Shown here in pieces: positions 36,249 to 46,890 of a stretch of DNA of 64,000 nt. The stretch lies in contig NVUH01000010.1 in the NCBI GenBank assembly GCA_002401855.1, forward strand, positions 19,009-83,008. Reading direction: 5' to 3'. This stretch comes from Hyphomicrobiales bacterium (lineage in GTDB: Bacteria; Pseudomonadota; Alphaproteobacteria; Rhizobiales; OSC116). Made by a program: the position numbers and the translations under genes. The notes beneath the pieces were generated by a model. That model did no database searches. It had not been told where the DNA came from and saw nothing but the letters and a program-made list of their open reading frames with translations. Each line of letters begins with the position of its first letter. The stretch's first letter is position 1.

Positions 36249-37256
36249 TTATAGGAATTTTGCCATGACAACTGCTGTGTCGGCCATGCGGCTAGAGAAG
36301 CCCCACTCGTTATCGTACCAGCTTAGGATACGTAGCATGTTTTTGCCAACAGTTTGGGTTTGAGTTAAATCAAATGTAGAGCTGTTTGGGTTGTGATTAA
36401 AATCGATAGATACCAAAGGCTCATCATTTACACCTAGCACACCTTTAAGGCGGCCATTTGCAGCTTCAATCATCGCAGCATTTACCGCTTCGGCTGAAAC
36501 TGGTTTGTTCATGGTGATGACCAAATCAACGCAAGACACGTTAGGTGTTGGTACACGCACTGATGTGCCTTCAAATTTACCGTTAAGCTCAGGGATTACC
36601 AAGCCAATGGCTTTGGCAGCGCCTGTAGATGTTGGGATCATAGACAAGGCAGCAGCACGGGCGCGGCGTGGGTCGCTATGATCGGTATCTAGAATGCGTT
36701 GATCGCCTGTATAAGCATGAATTGTGGTCATGAATGCCGCGTCAATGCCGCAAACGTCTTGCAATACAGAGGCAACAGGTGCCAAGCAATTGGTTGTGCA
36801 TGAGGCGTTAGATACAATGATATCTGTCGCGGATAGCACACTGTCATTCACGCCATAAACGATGGTGGCGTCTGAATTTTTACCCGGTGCAGAGATGAGC
36901 ACGCGTTTGGCGCCAGCTTTAAGGTGCAAAGATGCCGCTTCATGTGAGACAAAGAAGCCCGTACATTCAAAAACGATGTCAATGTTAAGCTCTTTCCAAG
37001 GCAATTCTTCTGGGTTGCGGATGGCGGTCATTTTAATGTCACCAAAACCAACGTTCAAAATGTCACCATTTTGAGTGACTGTGCCTGGGAAAGGACCATG
37101 CACGCTATCGCGTTTGAATAATAATGCATTGGTTTCGTTTGAACCAAGGTCATTAATCGCCACAATTTGTACATCAGTACGGCCTTCTTCAGCGATGGCG
37201 CGTAAGATATTACGTCCGATACGGCCAAAGCCGTTAATAGCAACACGAATTGTCAT
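36249..37256 (-). CDS. gap: glyceraldehyde-3-phosphate dehydrogenase
   Basis: 335 aa with INGFGRIGR and the active site [12 protein letters not shown]. Confidence 0.95.
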   Translation of the reverse strand: MTIRVAINGFGRIGRNILRAIAEEGRTDVQIVAINDLGSNETNALLFKRDSVHGPFPGTVTQNGDILNVGFGDIKMTAIRNPEELPWKELNIDIVFECTGFFVSHEAASLHLKAGAKRVLISAPGKNSDATIVYGVNDSVLSATDIIVSNASCTTNCLAPVASVLQDVCGIDAAFMTTIHAYTGDQRILDTDHSDPRRARAAALSMIPTSTGAAKAIGLVIPELNGKFEGTSVRVPTPNVSCVDLVITMNKPVSAEAVNAAMIEAANGRLKGVLGVNDEPLVSIDFNHNPNSSTFDLTQTQTVGKNMLRILSWYDNEWGFSSRMADTAVVMAKFL

Positions 37257-37435
37257 ATTTTAAATTCCTTATGAGAAATGACAGTTTTTAAATGGTTTGA
37301 GTCTTCATAACGAAAACCCAAACTTTGAGTGCCCAATTTATACCCAGACTTTAAACATTTTTTTGGCATTTGTCGCGCCTAAACAGCAAGATAATGTCAA
37401 TTTTGTTTATGTTTTAAGTCTAATTGCCCAATATT

Positions 37436-39439
37436 TTAGTTGTTAGCGTTGTTTTCTAACTTTGCAACCACTTGGCTAACCAAATTTTCAGCAGTGATGC
37501 CAAAATGTTTGTAAAGATCTTGCATGGGGGCAGAAGCGCCAAAGCTATTCATGCCGATGAATATACCATCACGGCCAATGAATTGATCCCAGCCCATGCG
37601 CACAGCAGCTTCAACGGCAACATTAACCTTGGTATTGCCCAAAATCTCAGTCTTATAAGCGTCAGATTGCGCTTCAAAAGCGCCAAAGCTTGGCACAGAA
37701 ACCACACGAGAGCTAATGCCTTGGCGGGTTAGCTGTTGTTTGGCTTCAAGCGCAATTTCAACTTCTGAACCTGTGGCAAAAATAGACACATCGGCATCAT
37801 CATGGCTTGAAACTTCATAAGCGCCGTATGAGCATAGGTTTTTTTCACTATATTCTGTGCGCACTGCAGGCAAGCCTTGGCGGGTGAGGCAAATGATAGA
37901 AGGTTTGCTTTTGTCTTGAATGGCCAGTTGCCAACATTCGGCAGTTTCGGTGGCATCACACGGGCGGAAAACATTTACATTTGGCATGCAACGTACAGAG
38001 GCTAAATGCTCAACAGGTTGATGGGTTGGGCCATCTTCGCCGACGCCAATGCTGTCATGGGTCATTACATATATATTGTGCAAACCCATAATCGCACCCA
38101 AGCGTAGGGCAGGGCGTAGATAATCGGTAAAGACAAAGAATGTACCAGAATAAGGAATGAAACCACCATGTAGAGCCAAACCGTTCATCACAGCGCCCAT
38201 CACATGTTCTCTGATGCCATAATTGATGAAGCGGCCAGAGAAATCTTTGGCGGTGATGTTTTCAGTTTGTGAGGTTTTGGTGAGGTTAGAGCCGGTTAAA
38301 TCGGCAGAACCGCCGACTGTTTCAGGGATGATGGCGTTGATCACTTCCAAAGCCATTTGTGAAGCTTTACGCGTTGCCACTTTAGGTTGGTCTTTGGCTA
38401 ATTGTTGCTTATAGGCGGCCATGGCTTTGTTGAGGCCAGCGGGTAAATCGCCTCGCATTAAACGGTCAAATTCGCCTTTGGTTTCGGCATCTAATGCCTC
38501 ATGGCGTTTGTTCCAGCTTTTATGTGCTTGGCAAGATTTGAGGCCAGCTAAACGCCATGCATCACGTATTTCACACGGGATATCAAACGGCGCATGTGGC
38601 CAGTTTAAAAATTCACGAGCGGCGATGATTTCATCTTCACCCAATGCCGCACCATGTGCGCCAGATGTGCCTTGTTTGTTGGGTGCGCCAAAACCAATGA
38701 TGGTTTTACAAGCAATCATGGTGGGTTTGTCGCTGTCTTTGGCGGCGGTGATGGCGGCTTCAATTTCTTCAAAATTATGACCATCACACGAAAGTACATT
38801 CCAACCACTGGCTTTAAAGCGCATTTTTTGGTTGGTGCTGTCAGATAGGGTTACATTGCCATCAATGGTGATGTTATTGTCATCCCACAGCACAATCATT
38901 TTGTTTAATTTCATATGGCCAGCCAAAGCAATGGCTTCTTGGCTGATGCCTTCCATCAGGCAACCATCGCCTGCTAATACATATGTGTAATGGTCTACAA
39001 GTTCATCGCCAAAGCGGGCATTCATCATGCGTTCGCCCATTGCCATGCCAACAGCCATTGAAATGCCTTGGCCAAGTGGGCCTGTGGTGGCTTCAACGCC
39101 TTGCACATGGCCATATTCAGGGTGGCCAGCAGTGATGGAACCAAGTTGGCGCAAGTTTTTAAGTTGTTCGATGGTCATGTCTTCATAACCCAGCAGATGA
39201 TGCACGGCATATTGCAGCATAGAACCATGGCCTGCAGAGAGCACAAAACGGTCTCTATCGGCCCATTTGGGATCTTTCGGGTCGACATTTAAAAATTTAG
39301 TGAATAACACAGTGGCAATGTCGGCGCAGCCCATTGGCAAGCCTGGGTGGCCATTGCCACAATTTTGGATGGCATCCATAGCCAAAGCCCTAATGGCGGT
39401 GGCCATGCTGGTTAGCTTTTCGGTTTCGGAGATTGTCAT
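37436..39439 (-). CDS. tkt: transketolase
   Basis: 667 aa with GHPG, GDGCLMEG and HDSIGVGEDGPTHQP. Confidence 0.95.
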   Translation of the reverse strand: MTISETEKLTSMATAIRALAMDAIQNCGNGHPGLPMGCADIATVLFTKFLNVDPKDPKWADRDRFVLSAGHGSMLQYAVHHLLGYEDMTIEQLKNLRQLGSITAGHPEYGHVQGVEATTGPLGQGISMAVGMAMGERMMNARFGDELVDHYTYVLAGDGCLMEGISQEAIALAGHMKLNKMIVLWDDNNITIDGNVTLSDSTNQKMRFKASGWNVLSCDGHNFEEIEAAITAAKDSDKPTMIACKTIIGFGAPNKQGTSGAHGAALGEDEIIAAREFLNWPHAPFDIPCEIRDAWRLAGLKSCQAHKSWNKRHEALDAETKGEFDRLMRGDLPAGLNKAMAAYKQQLAKDQPKVATRKASQMALEVINAIIPETVGGSADLTGSNLTKTSQTENITAKDFSGRFINYGIREHVMGAVMNGLALHGGFIPYSGTFFVFTDYLRPALRLGAIMGLHNIYVMTHDSIGVGEDGPTHQPVEHLASVRCMPNVNVFRPCDATETAECWQLAIQDKSKPSIICLTRQGLPAVRTEYSEKNLCSYGAYEVSSHDDADVSIFATGSEVEIALEAKQQLTRQGISSRVVSVPSFGAFEAQSDAYKTEILGNTKVNVAVEAAVRMGWDQFIGRDGIFIGMNSFGASAPMQDLYKHFGITAENLVSQVVAKLENNANN

Positions 39440-39738
39440 TTTTAAAAACCCTATTCTATGTCTTTATCGATTTAGAGACTTTGAAATTTGGGGCTATCAA
39501 AATAGCATTTAAGGGTTAAAGTCAATGAAAAGTGACATTATAGTGCCTTTTTTTCGCCTTATTTGAACTAAATTCAAATTTGAGTGGTTATAGGCTATAG
39601 AAGTGGCCAATTTTGCTATTTTACAGTGTTTTTTGTGAAAATATTGGTTTTTTGTGGGTAAATCGCGAAAAAAGCATCTCTTTTTAATATTATCTTTTAA
39701 AGTTTGCATATTCATTTTGTTTAGATATATTCGCAAAT

Positions 39739-40023
39739 ATGGAACTGGATCACACTATTAGGCAAAGCCTGTTAAACTTAGAAAAATCATTTGATGCGCT
39801 GGATAACGCACTGATGAAGCAAGGCAGCGGTGCGACTGGTAATGATGGTATGCGTGATGAGCTGAATATGTTGATTGAAGACAAGAACCAATTGACCGTG
39901 CAATTGGATAAAGCCGAAGCTAAAATAGGGGTGTTTGAAACGGCTAATCTGCAGATAGAAAACCGGGTTGATACGGCGATGCAGCAACTGTCTTCATTGC
40001 TTAGTGAAGATGGTGGTGAGTGA
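39739..40023 (+). CDS. small coiled-coil protein (DUF4164-like), upstream partner of zapA
   Basis: 94 aa, entirely heptad-like. Its stop overlaps the zapA start (gtgaTGa). A conserved position in Alphaproteobacteria, from my recollection. Confidence 0.55.
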   Translation: MELDHTIRQSLLNLEKSFDALDNALMKQGSGATGNDGMRDELNMLIEDKNQLTVQLDKAEAKIGVFETANLQIENRVDTAMQQLSSLLSEDGGE

Positions 40024-40397
40024 TGGCTGAAGTGATTGTGACTGTCAATGGACGGGCTTTTCCTATTTCGTGCAACCCTGGCGAAGAAAATCATATTGCT
40101 GAATTGGCTGAATATTTAGACGTGCGGGTGCGGCAATTTAGAGATACCGGTACGGTGCATGGAGATTCAAAACTATTTTTGTTGGCAGGATTAACTGCGG
40201 CTGATGAATTGTTTGAAGCGGTTGGACGGCTTGAGGCGCTTGAACAAGAAGTGCAGAGTTTGAAACGTTTTTACGATATGAGTAATAGAGAGAAGCTAGC
40301 GGCTGAAGCTAGCATTGTAGAGGTGTTGGATAAAGTGGCTGAGCGGGTGCAGAAGTTGACTGAGCAGGTTGAAGCGGGCATGAGCCGTGATACCTGA
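40020..40397 (+). CDS. zapA: cell division protein ZapA
   Basis: 125 aa. V.VNGR.F.I.C..GEE......A..LD N-terminal domain plus a coiled-coil tail. Confidence 0.8.
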   Translation: MMAEVIVTVNGRAFPISCNPGEENHIAELAEYLDVRVRQFRDTGTVHGDSKLFLLAGLTAADELFEAVGRLEALEQEVQSLKRFYDMSNREKLAAEASIVEVLDKVAERVQKLTEQVEAGMSRDT

Positions 40398-40448
40398 TAC
40401 TGTTTTGAGCGCTGCAGACTAACCGTAAATTCAGCATTTCTATCTAAC

Positions 40449-40885
40449 CCTTTTTTCCACAACTTCCATACATATCAGTGAGCTTAAGCGAACGTATAAA
40501 TGAAGTACCCGAGTGTAGGCAGGAGTGCTAACTTTCTTATGTCTTTACAGCGGAAAATGCTGGTTCATTGGTTGAGATTCCTGCGCAAAGTTTTCAACAT
40601 CATAACTTTTCAGCCATTACTGGGCAGCGTCCTGTCTAAGCTCTGGAAGTCTGCATTTTTACGTTCGCTACGCTCTCTAGTGGGTCCCTGCACCCCGAGG
40701 GCACTTCCTCGCTACGCTCACGGCGCGGGCGCTTGCCTCCGCAAGCTTGCTACGCGCTAACCGCCCGACGGCCGGTCGGCCTTGTCTCAGCCTGTCGGCT
40801 TCGGACGCTTTTACCAAGATAGGCAGCGCTGACTGGATGGCACGTAGTTTGGAAACGAAGAGTATGCAGTGATGCTGAATTTGGT
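40449..40885 (+). repeat. Intergenic mosaic repeat, locus C (divergent unit)
   Basis: Shares cttttttNcacaactNNcatacatNtcagtgagc and gaacgtataaatgaagtacccgagtgtNggcagga with locus B. Carries the core start gctctggaagtctgcattttt at 40640 and the GCTTGCctccGCAAGC hairpin at 40731-40746. Also holds an inverted copy (40781-40826) of the locus A module at 3803-3846. Confidence 0.85.
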
Positions 40886-40924
40886 TGAAAAATAGCTTTC
40901 ATTATCTAGTGTTTTGCCTTACAT

Positions 40925-41080
40925 ATAAATGGCTGCGCGGTTGGTGTGGTGGTATTTCTCCGGGGCCTTACTTTTCTCGAGGGAGCTGACCCTGATTAGA
41001 TCGTGGTCTAGTTTATTTGGCGCCCACCTTACTTTAGGTATCCCGAGATCTTGATCAACTCACGGCCAGCGCGGTACCAT
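40925..41080 (+). ncRNA. ssrS: candidate 6S RNA (boundaries approximate)
   Basis: Position between zapA and the 5-formyl-THF cyclo-ligase gene is the classical ssrS locus in proteobacteria. tggctgcgcggttg (about 40930) can pair with caactcacggcca (about 41060), and ttctccgggg with cccgagat, giving an interrupted long helix. I could not confirm a full 6S fold by eye. Confidence 0.45.
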
Positions 41081-41096
41081 AATATAGAGGGTGTTT

Positions 41097-41684
41097 ATGG
41101 CCGATGATTTAAAAGTGACAATTTCTAAGCTCGAAGCGCGTAAAGTGCAATCGGGCATTCGCAAAAAACTTGCGGCTGATGCAGGTTCTGCATTTGGCGA
41201 TATATGTAAATATATCGATGAAATTACCGCTAAATCACCCCAAGAAACCCCGCTTATTTCTTTATATAATGCCATTGGTGCCGAGTTTGATTTAACCGAG
41301 CTTGCCGCAGCTTTGCGCCAAAAAAATGTTAATCTCTGCATGCCTGTGGTGGTTGAAATTGGCGGGCCGCTTATTTTTAGAGAGTGGCTGGAAGATAGTG
41401 AAATGGTCGAAGATTTGTTTCGGATTCTATCGCCATCTGATGCCAATGAGCAAGTGCACCCCGATATTGTATTTGTGCCGTTATTGGCGTTTGACCGCAA
41501 GGGGTTTCGCTTGGGGTATGGCGGCGGTTTTTACGACCGCACATTGGCGCAATTGGGCGAGGAAATTGTGAGTATTGGTGTGGGTTTTGCCGGGCAGGAA
41601 ATGCACAAAGTGCCAACCGGTGAATTTGACAGTGCGGTTGATTATATTCTGACCGAAAAAGAATTTATAGAGATTGGTAACTGA
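41097..41684 (+). CDS. 5-formyltetrahydrofolate cyclo-ligase
   Basis: ORF 41091-41684; I prefer ATG 41097 (RBS gaggg). Motifs P.VVE..G.L.FR, PLLAFD..G.RLGYGGGFYDR. Confidence 0.85.
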   Translation: MADDLKVTISKLEARKVQSGIRKKLAADAGSAFGDICKYIDEITAKSPQETPLISLYNAIGAEFDLTELAAALRQKNVNLCMPVVVEIGGPLIFREWLEDSEMVEDLFRILSPSDANEQVHPDIVFVPLLAFDRKGFRLGYGGGFYDRTLAQLGEEIVSIGVGFAGQEMHKVPTGEFDSAVDYILTEKEFIEIGN

Positions 41685-41685
41685 T

Positions 41686-42507
41686 TTGAGATTGTTGTTT
41701 TTAGGTGATGTGATGGGGCGCGCGGGGCGCGAATTGGTCTATGATCAATTGCCCAAATTGCGGGAGTTATATAATTTAGATTTTGTGATTGTGAATGGTG
41801 AGAATGCCGCTGGCGGCTTTGGCATTACCGAAGAAATTGCGCTTGATCTATATGATGCGGGCGCGGATGTGATTACTATGGGTGATCATTGCTGGGATAA
41901 AAAAGAGGCGCTGATTTTTGTTGAGAAATATGATTATTTGGTGCGGCCGCTTAATTTTGTTGATGGCACACCAGGACGTGGTACGGGCATGTATACGGCT
42001 AAAAATGGTGCGATGGTTTTGGTCATTCACGCGTTAGGTCGGGTGTTTATGCCGCCGCGTGATTGCCCTTTTTTGGCGATTGAAAAACAGGTCGAAATGT
42101 CACCACTTGGTCAGGTGGTCGATGTGATATTTGTCGATTTTCATGCCGAAGCCACATCGGAGAAAATGGCCATGGGGCAGTTTTTGGATGGCAAAGTGAG
42201 TGTGGTGGTTGGCACGCACACTCATGTGCCAACAGGCGATGCCCATATTATGACAGGTGGCACGGCCTATATGACCGATGCGGGCATGTGCGGGGATTAT
42301 AATAGTGTGATCGGCTCTGAGGTTGAAGAGCCGCTCAACCGTTTCGTTTATGGCCGCCGTATGGGTAGTTTTAACCCAGCCGAAGGCAAGGCTACATTAT
42401 CAGGTTTTGCGGTCGAGATTGATGCCAAAACAGGTTTAGCCACACATTGCTCACCGCTCAGGTTAGGCGGCATGTTGCAAGACCAAGTGCCAGACTTTTG
42501 GCATTGA
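41686..42507 (+). CDS. YmdB-like metallophosphoesterase (TIGR00282 family)
   Basis: The N-terminus MRLLFLGDVMGRAGR, if the TTG at 41686 is used, is the family-typical start. Also GENAAGG and DFHAEATSEK. The track start at 41674 is also possible. Confidence 0.85.
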   Translation: MRLLFLGDVMGRAGRELVYDQLPKLRELYNLDFVIVNGENAAGGFGITEEIALDLYDAGADVITMGDHCWDKKEALIFVEKYDYLVRPLNFVDGTPGRGTGMYTAKNGAMVLVIHALGRVFMPPRDCPFLAIEKQVEMSPLGQVVDVIFVDFHAEATSEKMAMGQFLDGKVSVVVGTHTHVPTGDAHIMTGGTAYMTDAGMCGDYNSVIGSEVEEPLNRFVYGRRMGSFNPAEGKATLSGFAVEIDAKTGLATHCSPLRLGGMLQDQVPDFWH

Positions 42508-42590
42508 AACTTCTGGTATTTCAAAGTATAACAGCTGCAATTCAATGATATGCGAATCAGTTTGCACAAAAATAAGTTAAGGGCACTCAC

Positions 42591-43340
42591 ATGGCAGGAC
42601 ATTCAAAATGGGCAAATATTCAGCATCGTAAAGGTGCGCAGGATAAAAAACGCTCTAAATTATTCTCTAAATTAGCCAAAGAAATTACGGTTGCCGCCAA
42701 AATGGGTGCACCAGATGTGGATATGAACCCGCGTTTGCGCCTTGCCGTCAACACTGCCAAACAAAATAGCTTGCCCAAAGATGTGATCACGCGGGCGATT
42801 AAAAAATCGGCCGATGCCGATACAGCTAGCTATGATGAGCTACGTTATGAAGGTTTTGCGGCTGGCGGTGTGGGCATTATCGTTGAAGCTCTGACTGACA
42901 ATAAAAACCGCACGGCCTCATCCGTACGGTCTATTTTTACCAAAGCGGGCTGCAATATGGGCGCTGATGGTAGTGTGTCATTCGGTTTTGACCGTGTTGG
43001 CTGTATTTCATATGCTGCTGATGTGGCTGATGAAGATACCATGATGGAAGCGGTACTTGAATCAGGTGCTGACGATTGTGAGAGCAGCGAAGATGGCCAT
43101 GATATTTATTGTGATACGGCGGATTTACACACAGTTTCTAAAGCTTTGGAAGCGCAATTTGGCGAGCCAAAATCGGCCACGATGATTTGGAAAGCCCAAG
43201 TTATGATTGATCTTGATGATGAATCAGGCGAAAAAGTTTACAATCTGATTTCAGCACTTGAAGATGATGATGATGTGCAGGAAGTTTATTCGAACCTCGA
43301 ACTCACAGATTCTTTGATGGAACGCATTGCAGCAGGTTAA
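42591..43340 (+). CDS. yebC: YebC/PmpR family DNA-binding transcriptional regulator
   Basis: 249 aa starting MAGHSKWANIQHRKGAQDKKRSKLF. Confidence 0.95.
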   Translation: MAGHSKWANIQHRKGAQDKKRSKLFSKLAKEITVAAKMGAPDVDMNPRLRLAVNTAKQNSLPKDVITRAIKKSADADTASYDELRYEGFAAGGVGIIVEALTDNKNRTASSVRSIFTKAGCNMGADGSVSFGFDRVGCISYAADVADEDTMMEAVLESGADDCESSEDGHDIYCDTADLHTVSKALEAQFGEPKSATMIWKAQVMIDLDDESGEKVYNLISALEDDDDVQEVYSNLELTDSLMERIAAG

Positions 43341-43859
43341 GTGATGGCAATAAGCAGACCTAACAGCGTTAGAATTATCGGCATCGACCCGGGCTTGCGC
43401 AATATGGGTTGGGGCATTATTGATAGCCAAGGCAGCAGCCTTAAACATGTGGCCAATGGGGTGATGAAATCTAACGGCAAGTTAGATTTAGCCACTCGCC
43501 TGTGCCAGCTATATGACCAGCTTTATGAGATTATCGAGCAGTATAAGCCTGACGAGTCGGCGGTAGAAAACACCTTTGTCAATAAAGATCCTGCCGGGGC
43601 GCTAAAACTTGGCCAAGCTCGCGGTATCGCGCTGGTTGTGCCCGCGCGATTTGGTTTGTTGGTGGCCGAATATGCACCCAATAAAGTCAAGAAAACCGTG
43701 GTGGGTGCAGGGCATGCCGATAAAAATCAAATCTTGCACATGCTTAAAATATTATTGCCCAATGCCAACCCAAAAAATGCCGATGCGGCAGATGCGCTTG
43801 CAATTGCCATCACACATGCGCAATATAGAGGCGCGCGTGAATTGAAAGTTGTGGGGTAG
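43341..43859 (+). CDS. ruvC: crossover junction endodeoxyribonuclease RuvC
   Basis: 172 aa with [14 protein letters not shown]. The start may be ATG 43344. Confidence 0.9.
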   Translation: MMAISRPNSVRIIGIDPGLRNMGWGIIDSQGSSLKHVANGVMKSNGKLDLATRLCQLYDQLYEIIEQYKPDESAVENTFVNKDPAGALKLGQARGIALVVPARFGLLVAEYAPNKVKKTVVGAGHADKNQILHMLKILLPNANPKNADAADALAIAITHAQYRGARELKVVG

Positions 43860-43862
43860 AAA

Positions 43863-44480
43863 ATGATAGGTAAATTAACGGGTAAAGTGGATGGTTTTAC
43901 CGATTCAACATTGATATTGGATGTCAATGGCGTGGGCTATTTGGTCAGCGCTTCGACCCGCACCATTGCGGCTTTGCCCGCCATTGGGCAAGAGATTAGC
44001 TTGCTGATCGAAACTTTTGTGCGCGAAGACCAGTTGCGCTTATTTGGGTTTGCGACTGCGGCCGAAAAAGAATGGTTTACCTTGGTGCAAAGCGTGCAAG
44101 GCGTTGGCGCTAAAGTGGCGTTGGCGATACTTTCTACCCTGTCATCTAACGAATTGGTGACGGCGATTAGCTTGGGCGATAAGGCCATGGTGGCACGCAC
44201 ACCTGGAGTTGGGCCGAAAGTGGCACAACGCATTGTGACAGAATTAAAAGATAAAATACCAGCCTTTACGGGCGAAGTTGGGGCTTTGTCAGCTATACTC
44301 AAAGGCGCAGAAATTGTCGAAGAGAATAGCGCGGCGGCTGATGCTGTTTCAGCACTCACAAATCTGGGTTATGGCAGCGGCCAAGCGGCTGGCGCGGTGG
44401 CCAAAGTGGTCAATGACATTGGCATAGATGCGACGACAGAGAAAATTATTCGCCTTGCGCTTAAGGAGCTTGCTAATTAG
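43863..44480 (+). CDS. ruvA: Holliday junction branch migration protein RuvA
   Basis: 205 aa: MIGKLTGKV......L.LDVNGVGY, with HhH motifs (VQGVGAKVA, TPGVGPKVAQRI). Confidence 0.95.
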   Translation: MIGKLTGKVDGFTDSTLILDVNGVGYLVSASTRTIAALPAIGQEISLLIETFVREDQLRLFGFATAAEKEWFTLVQSVQGVGAKVALAILSTLSSNELVTAISLGDKAMVARTPGVGPKVAQRIVTELKDKIPAFTGEVGALSAILKGAEIVEENSAAADAVSALTNLGYGSGQAAGAVAKVVNDIGIDATTEKIIRLALKELAN

Positions 44481-45548
44481 ATGAGTGAACATAGCGAAGA
44501 TCGCATGATTGATGGCGAGCAAAAATCCGAGGATGCAACAGCTGAAAGTGATGGCAGTTTTCGCCCGTTAGAACTGTCGGATTTTACGGGTCAGAAAGTG
44601 GCTTGCGAAAACCTGTCGATATTTATTGAAGCGGCGAAATCGCGCTCAGATGTTTTAGACCATGTATTATTTGCCGGCCCGCCAGGCTTGGGGAAAACCA
44701 CTTTGGCGCAAATTGTGGCACGTGAGCTGGGGGTCAATTTTAAGGCGACCTCTGGGCCGGTCATTGCCAAATCGGGCGATCTTGCGGCTTTGTTGACCAA
44801 TCTAGACGAAGGTGATGTGTTGTTTATTGATGAAATTCATCGGCTTAGCCCTGCGGTTGAAGAAATTTTATACCCCGCGATGGAAGATTTTCAACTTGAT
44901 TTAATCATTGGTGAAGGCCCAGCTGCACGCAGTGTGCGTATCGAGCTTGCGCCTTTCACTTTGGTGGCGGCGACCACCCGCACAGGCCTGCTTACAACGC
45001 CGTTGCGCGATCGTTTTGGCATTCCAATCAGGCTTGAATATTACACGACCGAAGAATTATGCAAGATTGTTGAGCGCGGGGCGCGGGTTTTAGGGGTGAA
45101 CTTGAATGCTGAAGGTGCCTTAGAAATTGCTCGCAGAGCGCGTGGTACACCACGGGTGGCTGGGCGTTTGTTGCGCCGTGTGCGGGATTTTGCCATTGTT
45201 GCCAAACAAGGGGTGATTGATAAAGAGGTTGCCGACGCATCATTGACGCGGCTAGAGGTTGATCATATCGGTTTGGATAAGATGGATCATAAATATCTCA
45301 ATATCATTGCTAAAAACTACCATGGTGGGCCTGTTGGCGCGGATACCATTGCTGCGGCTATGAGTGAAGGGCGTGATAGTATTGAAGAGGTGATTGAGCC
45401 TTATTTGATACAGCTAGGTTTTGTGGCGCGCACCCCACGTGGCCGCACATTAACACCGCAAGCTTTTGCGCATTTGGGCATGTCTGTGCCTAACAATCCT
45501 GCGCTGGTGCAAGGCAATTTGTTTGAAAACCGAGATTTTGAGCAATGA
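44481..45548 (+). CDS. ruvB: Holliday junction DNA helicase RuvB
   Basis: 355 aa with Walker [16 protein letters not shown] and RGTPR. Confidence 0.95.
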   Translation: MSEHSEDRMIDGEQKSEDATAESDGSFRPLELSDFTGQKVACENLSIFIEAAKSRSDVLDHVLFAGPPGLGKTTLAQIVARELGVNFKATSGPVIAKSGDLAALLTNLDEGDVLFIDEIHRLSPAVEEILYPAMEDFQLDLIIGEGPAARSVRIELAPFTLVAATTRTGLLTTPLRDRFGIPIRLEYYTTEELCKIVERGARVLGVNLNAEGALEIARRARGTPRVAGRLLRRVRDFAIVAKQGVIDKEVADASLTRLEVDHIGLDKMDHKYLNIIAKNYHGGPVGADTIAAAMSEGRDSIEEVIEPYLIQLGFVARTPRGRTLTPQAFAHLGMSVPNNPALVQGNLFENRDFEQ

Positions 45549-45991
45549 GTCTTAAAGCTACAACAGATCTAAGCGGCAAGATGGATGGTGTGACGCATAA
45601 ATTGCTGATTCGCATTTATTATGAAGATACTGATTTTTCGGGCAGGGTTTATCACGCTAATTATTTAAAATTTTGCGAAAGAGGCCGCACTGATTTTTTG
45701 CGGCTGCTGGAGATTCATCAAGATGTTTTGGCGCAATTGGATGTACCACTATTTTTTGTGGTGCGCCATATGGATGTTGATTTTTTAGCCGCCGCCAAAA
45801 TGGATGATGTGATTGAAGTGCAAACCAAATTGCGGCTGTTAAAAGGTGTGCGCTTCATGCTGGAGCAGCATATTTATTGCCAAGATAATTTGCTGTTTAA
45901 AACGGTGGTGACCTGCGCCATTGTCAATGATGCGGGTAAACCAACGCGCATTGATGCTGATACTAAGGCCAAATTTTCGGCTTTGGTATAA
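45545..45991 (+). CDS. ybgC: Tol-Pal-associated acyl-CoA thioesterase YbgC
   Basis: 148 aa, 4HBT hotdog fold ([19 protein letters not shown]). Located directly upstream of tolQ. Confidence 0.85.
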   Translation: MSLKATTDLSGKMDGVTHKLLIRIYYEDTDFSGRVYHANYLKFCERGRTDFLRLLEIHQDVLAQLDVPLFFVVRHMDVDFLAAAKMDDVIEVQTKLRLLKGVRFMLEQHIYCQDNLLFKTVVTCAIVNDAGKPTRIDADTKAKFSALV

Positions 45992-46151
45992 TAAACCAAA
46001 AGTTAACCATATTTTACGAGTTTTAAGCTAATGTCGTTGCCATTAGGGGTGCGATGTCTGTTTGCCGTATTTTAAACAGATTCTCATGAAATTATACTTT
46101 GAAACTTAATGCGAGACATTCACATTAAAGATAAAAAATTAAGGTAATATA

Positions 46152-46889
46152 ATGGAAGTTACGACTTTGGCCGCCAATGATATAGGCGGTGTTTCTGTTT
46201 TAGATTTATTCTGGCAAGCGCATATTGTGGTCAAATTGGTGATGATCGGTTTGATGATGGCTTCTGTCTGGAGCTGGAAAATTATCGGCGATAAGTTTTT
46301 TCTCATTCGCAAATCACAAAAATCTTCGCAAGAATTTGAAAAAGCTTTTTGGTCTGGCCAAAATCTTGATGATTTATACCGTAATATTGGCCATAGACCC
46401 GATAACCCAATGGCGGCGATATTTGTATCGGCGATGCGTGAATGGAAGCGGGCGCAAGATGCCACTGCCGCGACAGGCGCGACAGATGGTAGTGTCGGTA
46501 ATAATATTTCGCTGCAAATGCGGATTGAGAAAGTTATGGATGTGGCCATTCAACGCGAAGTTGGATCGTTAGAACGTCATTTGATGTTTTTAGCCACAAC
46601 AGGTAGTGCGGCGCCATTTGTTGGTTTGTTTGGCACGGTGTTTGGTATTATGAATACATTTTCGGCCATTGCTGCGTCTAAATCGACCAGCTTGGCGGTT
46701 GTTGCCCCCGGCATTGCCGAGGCGTTATTTGCCACGGCCATTGGCTTGGTGGCGGCGATACCTGCGGTTATTTTTTATAATAAATTTTCGGGTGATATCG
46801 GCCGTATGGGGCAGAATTTAGAAAATTTTGCAGATGAATTTAGCGCCATATTCTCGCGCCAGTTCGAAAATAAACAAGGTGGCCAATGA
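46152..46889 (+). CDS. tolQ: Tol-Pal system protein TolQ
   Basis: 245 aa with MotA/ExbB channel motifs (LATTGSAAPFVGLFGTVFGIM, VAPGIAEALFATAIGLVAAIPAV). Confidence 0.95.
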   Translation: MEVTTLAANDIGGVSVLDLFWQAHIVVKLVMIGLMMASVWSWKIIGDKFFLIRKSQKSSQEFEKAFWSGQNLDDLYRNIGHRPDNPMAAIFVSAMREWKRAQDATAATGATDGSVGNNISLQMRIEKVMDVAIQREVGSLERHLMFLATTGSAAPFVGLFGTVFGIMNTFSAIAASKSTSLAVVAPGIAEALFATAIGLVAAIPAVIFYNKFSGDIGRMGQNLENFADEFSAIFSRQFENKQGGQ

Positions 46890-46890
46890 T

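Noticed and set aside
40838-40852. Sigma-54-like promoter tggcacgtagtttgg upstream of the candidate 6S RNA. A similar tggcac is at 21024, and tggcat-N-ttgct near 23452.
   Set aside because: The -12 element reads TTGG, not TTGC, at 40838. At 23452 the GG-to-GC spacing is wrong (12 instead of 10). At 21024 there is no TTGC. No enhancer-like sites are evident.
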